This document shows, piece after piece, positions 58,701-64,000 of a DNA stretch of 64,000 nucleotides. Position 1 is the first letter of the stretch. The number at the start of each line of letters is the position of its first letter. The notes under the pieces were generated by a model. It did not search any database and was not told the origin of the DNA. It saw only the letters and a list, made by a program, of their open reading frames with translations. The stretch comes from Takakia lepidozioides (Eukaryota > Plantae > Bryophyta), in contig CM060731.1 in NCBI GenBank assembly GCA_030704615.1, positions 56,730,001 to 56,794,000 of the forward strand, read 5' to 3'. The translations under genes and the position numbers were made by a program.

Positions 58701-59163
58701 CGTATTGAGCCCGCTGCACACGAAGGGACTCCCAATCAACAAAACGCAGCTCGCTCTTGCACCCAGGCACCCCTGCGAGGGCTTTCAATTTCGGAATGAC
58801 ACTCGTTATCTCCTGCAATTCGTCATCATCCAAGAATGGAGTCTGCACTGGCGGAGGAATCTCAGAAACATCCTCCTAGGACGAGTCTGAAAGAGTCACG
58901 AATGTAGTGGATGTGCTCACCTCTTGTTTCACATGAACTGTGCCCTTCTGCTGCACGACCGATGCTGCAGTGCTAGGGGTAACTACTGATCCTGCTGATT
59001 GTCTTCTCTCTTTTCCAAGGACCCGGTATGTGCCTGGAATGACTCTCCACTTCCTTCCACACTCGCCAACCAATGGTTTCTCCAAGTGCCCAGAATCCAA
59101 ATTCCCATCCTCGTCATACACCTCTTTTTGAACAAGCAGAGAACCCAATTCCAGCAGGAGCAC
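55719..59163 (-). pseudogene. Near-complete MULE/Mutator-like transposase gene (Cys/His DNA-binding domain, DDE core, SWIM), with stops and a probable intron at ~57123-57258
   Basis: N-terminal C/H cluster ending IHMGTHEH (WRKY/GCM-like); WLMFDH, FMADSA, CLFHW (CxxH), NLAETVH (E); C-terminal CTCPDF...CKH SWIM. Confidence 0.82.
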
Positions 59164-59465
59164 TGTAACCGTCTCATCCTCATGAACAACTGCAAACCCA
59201 TCGTCATCGGCAGCAGATGCATTTCAAATTGTGATAAGTAGGGTTGGGGTGTTTTGGGGAAGAACTCCACACCAATATGGTTGGGGTGTTTGCTGGTAGA
59301 ATTTTAGGCTGTCAGAGGCATGGATAGCTGAAGGAGCAGGGATAGAGTGTGCGTCCAAATTCATCCAAGAGGGCTGGATTTCAAGCTCCACATTACCTAT
59401 GATTCCCTGTGGAAGGATAGTTACAAGAAACCTACATGGGTAGATGCCAACTGGAAGCGGCATGC

Positions 59466-60700
59466 TGTACTATATGTCATTCCAGAGACTGTCATTGTTG
59501 GTCCATGTGTTTTACAACAATGCTATCAATATAAGACTTCCGGTTCGCATTGGAAGCTCAATCCCTGTAAGTTCATTGTGTGTGAAGCTCAAATTTGTGA
59601 TTTGAAGGATCTTGTAGCCAAGTTCGTTCAACTGGAAAGGAAAAATTCTGAAAGCTCCCAAATTTGATGTGGGCAAGCTTATGGAGGTAAGACTTAGCTT
59701 CCCTCCTCTAATGTAAGTGTTGGATAAGTTTCATTTAGTGTCGACCTTCACTGCATATATTGGCTCTTTTCTTGGCTGGTTTCATATTTTCTTGGCTGGT
59801 ATGTTGTTGGTTGGCTTCTTTCATTTCACGTGTGTAGTGGAAGGGGAGAAGTACTTTCCTAAGTTCTGATGCAACAATGTCTTTTTCCAGCCTAGATGTT
59901 TTCGATGGATACAAATTGAAGTGCTTTGAATGTTGCTGCAATACTATAATAAAGTGGAGGGTGCTGAATGCAGTTGGTCTTGCTTCGTGCAGGCATAATC
60001 CAGGGAAATGTGGACATAGCTAAAACCCCATGATAGCATTTCCAGAGGACGGTGTGGATGGCCTCACAATCCAGCATGCAAAATCCATGACAATGTGGAG
60101 ATGGCTGAATGGGCAAACAGGTTAAGTGGCGAACAAGCCACGTCACTGGTACATAGTTGCATGCTTACATAGTACATGAAAGCGTACTATATGTCATTCC
60201 CGAAATTGACCATGTTGGTCCATGTATTTTACAACAATGCTATCAATAAAAGACCAATGGTTCGCATTGGAAACTCTATCCCCGTAAGTGGCTTGTGCGT
60301 GATGCTCAAACTTGTGATTTGAAGGATCTTATACCCCAGTTCATTGAAGAGGTGATTGGAAAAGACATTGAGAAGGCAACAGCCGTTATCTATAATCTAC
60401 AGATCCCCTTCAATTTGATGTGGGAAAGCCGGCTGGCTGGAGGTCTAGTCTCACTTTCACTCATCTAATGTCAGTGTTGTATCCATTGAAATGTGGAGGT
60501 GTTTGAAACAACATTGGAGCATTTCCAGAGGATGGTCTGGATGGCCTTCATGGCGTGTGCCGAATCCATGGCAAGAAAACATTGCAGGCAGAACCCATGG
60601 CAATGGTACCAGCACGGGTTGGTCCAAAGCCAATTGCAACAACAAATGAATAAAGGGGTGCTGAAAGGAAAACACTCCATAATTGATCATAAAATCCAGT
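59466..60700 (+). repeat. Diverged ~720-bp tandem duplication with a conserved plus-strand reading frame
   Basis: tactatatgtcattcc...gttggtccatgt...gttcgcattggaa at 59467 and 60185; agcatttccagagga..gtggatggcct at ~60034 and ~60518. Confidence 0.75.
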
Positions 60701-60796
60701 GTCCAAGCATGATATCTTAATGGGAATGCGAAGGGAGTGTTACCACCTTAAACTATCATGCATGGTCTATAACTGGAGTGCACAAATCGCGCATAT

Positions 60797-63700
60797 CTAA
60801 TCTTCATCATCCTCATCTATGTCTGGGTCACTACATGTATCACTGTCTTCATCACAGACTTGATCTTGTCCAAGGGTTGGCTGAACATCATCACCACGTA
60901 TACGGGGTGCTCGGAGGTACAAGGAGGCCACCTGCTCTGGAGTAACCGGTACCGCTCGGCTGCATGTTGGGCCATCAGTAACCAGAGTCTCCTCTAGTCT
61001 TTGTGGGGCTAACAATCCTTCCACTTCCGCCACATCATCATTATCAATTGATATGTCGCAGACCACTCTACGTGCTCGGGGGCTCTTCTCCAGGACGACT
61101 TTCCACCCCGGCTCCTGCGCACAATCAAAAAAAAAAAACTCTTGATCAACCTGGCCATGAAACACAAAAGATTGCTCAAAAGATGGAAGCATACGGTTAA
61201 AATTGACAAGTGTGAAGCCAGCATCATCCTGCTTCATTGACATAGGTTGATGACCCACGCGACTCGCCCGTACCCACGAACACAAAAACACTATAGGCTG
61301 TGTTTGGCCATAGTCAATTTGCAAAATCTCCCTTATAAGACCCACATATCTTGTAGGTTCCTCCATGTCATTGCCTGAATTGTTGGTAATGGGCTGGTGT
61401 TGGAAAACAGATGAGACTCCACAATCAAAAGACACCATACTTGTTGTGTTCATGCCGGGGGATATAACCCTGTAATGGTTACCATACGCTGTCATACTCT
61501 TGAATGACAGGGCAGTAAATGATGGAGGCCTTGAAAGATCCAGTAATTCCTCACGTGTTGTAGGATCAAGCCCATCTGATTGAATTGAGAGATGATCCCG
61601 TACACCTTGAGGGAGCCAAACAGCAAATGGAGGACAAGGATGCAAATCAGGAGGGTACTGAATTGTCGTGGGATTGCTCATGCCTTCCAGCCCTTGCTCC
61701 TCACGAAACAAGCGTCGTCTGGCTTCTATCCGTGTGGACTCTGCTTCATATATCCTGTCACAATCCGAGGGTCAGTCAGGAGATTGACAGAGGTGGCGTG
61801 GGAGATTTGAAAAGACGCCATATGCCAACTAATGATAAATGACTAAAACTTGGAAATCTGAATGTCAATGAAGTAGATTTCTTACCCCAACATGACTGAC
61901 AGACGAGGATGGTTCTGAATGATGTACTCATGTACAATATCACACAGGTCATTCAATTTTCGGGCTTTAGAACTTCCTTCCACAACTTCACGTTCCACAG
62001 ATTCTGCCTCGTCTACATCCCACACCCTTCGTACACTTCCATCAAATCCTGCCATATACTTTGTGCAAAAATCCAATGCTTCTTCAAATTGGTATCCTTC
62101 TGCCATGCTCCCCTCGGGCCTTGCCATGTTTCTTACGTAGCCCTTCATATCTTTCATTGCCCGCTCCATGGGGTACATCCAACGAGATGCTACGGGCCCG
62201 CATAAATACAACTCATCCACTAGATGAACAACCAGATGTGTCATCACATCAAAAAATGATGGTGGGAACTCCTTCTCTATAAGACACAGTGAGAACTGCT
62301 TCAGTTCTCAATTCCTCATACTCTACAGGATTCACCACTTTTGCACACAACTTCTTAAATACACGACATACTCGCAAAATGGCCCTTCGAGGACCACTTG
62401 GCATGAGCCCACGGATAGCAAGCGGTATAATTTGCTGCATGAGCACATGATAGTCATGTGATTTCATGCCAGACAACTTCTTCTTCACCACATGCTTTTG
62501 AAAGCTGATGCGTAGCCTGTTGGCACTTTCAAGTTCTGCACAATCTCCAGAAAGACTTGTAACTCAGCCTCGGTGAGAACATAAGGGGCAGGAGGCATAA
62601 TTAACGTATCTGCTCTGTCAGGATCACGTTGTAGCCACAATTCCGGGCGCATCCCAAGTAGCTCCAAATCACGGCGAACTTTCAATGTGTCTTTCTCACC
62701 AAAGATAGTTTTAATAATATTTTCAGCCAAGTTCTTCTCGCAATGCATTGCGTCAAACGTGTGGCGGATGAGGAGACCCTACAAAATGAACACATAAGCA
62801 ATTGAGCATTTACTCATCACAATTTAAACAGAAAACGCAAAAATGTACACAGCCAATTTAAAGGCCGTAAAGGAATTACCTCCCAATAAGGTAAGACATA
62901 TAAAATTGACAATCGCTTAACTCCATGAGTTTTTGCTGGGTCTGTCCTGCTATCTGGCGTCCCTCCGTTTTCCACCCATGCAGTGCGAGCTGTTGCAAGG
63001 TCCTTGATTTGTGTTCCAGTCTGCATTTTTGGAGGAGTTCCATGCTCAATAGCGCCATTGAACATTCTTGACCTTCTATATGGATGATTGCGGGCCAAAA
63101 ATCTTCGGTGGCCTAGGAAAACAATTTTTCCACATGTGTGTAACTGTTGTGAAGTCACCCCGGGTCCACAAGCTCGACAACCAGCATAACCTTTCGTCAC
63201 TTGACCTGAGAGCAAGCCATATGCAGGGTAGTCATGGATTGACCACATCAACACTGCCCTCAGTGTGAATTCACGTTGACCACGAGGACGGGAAACATCA
63301 TGAGCTGCAATCCCTCTCCATAGTTCCAGTAGCTCTTCCACTAGGGGCATCAGATAAACATCTACGTTGTCCGAGGTAACAGACTCCTTACCAGGAATCA
63401 GTAGCGCTAACATGACAAAGAACTTTTTGGTCATTAACCATGGAGGCAGATTGTAATTGACCAAGAGAACGGGCCATGTGCTCCAACTTGTGGATTGAGC
63501 TCCGTAGGGATTTACACCATCTAAGGCCAATCCAAATCGCAGAGATCGTGGCTCTGCAGCAAAATCCGCAAATGTGGTGACAATGTGTCTCCATGCTTTG
63601 CTATCAGCTGGATGTCGAACCAACCCATCCTGGCTCTTATGTCTGTCATGCCATGTCATGAGGTTAGCGATCGATTTACATCGGTACATACGTTTCAACC

Positions 63701-64000
63701 TTGGAATGACAGGGAAGTGTCGCAATACTTTCTTGGGCACACTTCCACGACCTGGAATGTAACGGGAACTGCGGCACACGGGCAAATGTCTACATTCTCA
63801 TACTCCCCACGGAAGAGTACACAACCACGCTCACAGGCATGAATAATGGTGTACTGCAATCCCATCTTGGCAATCATGGTTTTTGCTTCATAGTGAGTTT
63901 TCGGCAATGAATTCTCTTTAGGCAAAAAACTCTTACGCAACAATCCCAGAAGCTCATCCACAAATGCATTGGTGCACTTTGTGGGTAGTGCATGCGTTCA
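60797..64000 (-). pseudogene. CACTA (En/Spm) TnpD-like transposase, intron-containing, frameshifted, runs off the window
   Basis: IHACERGCVLFR, LRHFPVIPRLKRMY, HPADSKAW, GLALDGVNPY, STWPVLLVNYNLPPW, DYPAYGLLSG (Transposase_21); MHCEKN, GMKSHDYHVLMQ, HLVVHLVDE..GPVASRWMYPMER (DUF4218); YVGLIREILQIDY..VFLCSW (DUF4216). Confidence 0.93.

Overview
Eukaryotic, transposon-dense nuclear DNA, most likely from a seed-free land plant (bryophyte-like; inferred from PLS-class PPR fragments and the TE repertoire). Contents: (1) a full-length 13.07-kb Ty3/Gypsy LTR retrotransposon (2005-15070, minus strand, TSD GACAC, tRNA-Arg-type PBS) with extra 5' and 3' ORFs; (2) a Tx1/L1-type LINE on the minus strand broken into five colinear or permuted pieces by later insertions; (3) a rearranged Gypsy-like element with a PHD-finger integrase whose terminal repeat is split into two separately TG..CA-bounded halves (A and B) found in both orders, with a self-complementary (non-tRNA) PBS; (4) a 5.47-kb non-autonomous CACTA element (32256-37729, TSD AAA) filled with PPR-gene fragments, further PPR-fragment arrays, and a CACTA transposase at the right edge; (5) three MULE/SWIM transposase remnants, Helitron-like fragments, a solo LTR and a tRNA-Val-derived SINE-like insert; (6) one apparently intact host gene (Apple/PAN-like domain protein, 46045-47408). 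The most striking items are the split-terminal-repeat retroelement, the PPR-loaded Pack-CACTA, and a 32-kb segment (19229-51217) that looks like an integrated circle. All coordinates were read by eye. Many 1-nt indels suggest some disruptions may be long-read consensus errors.
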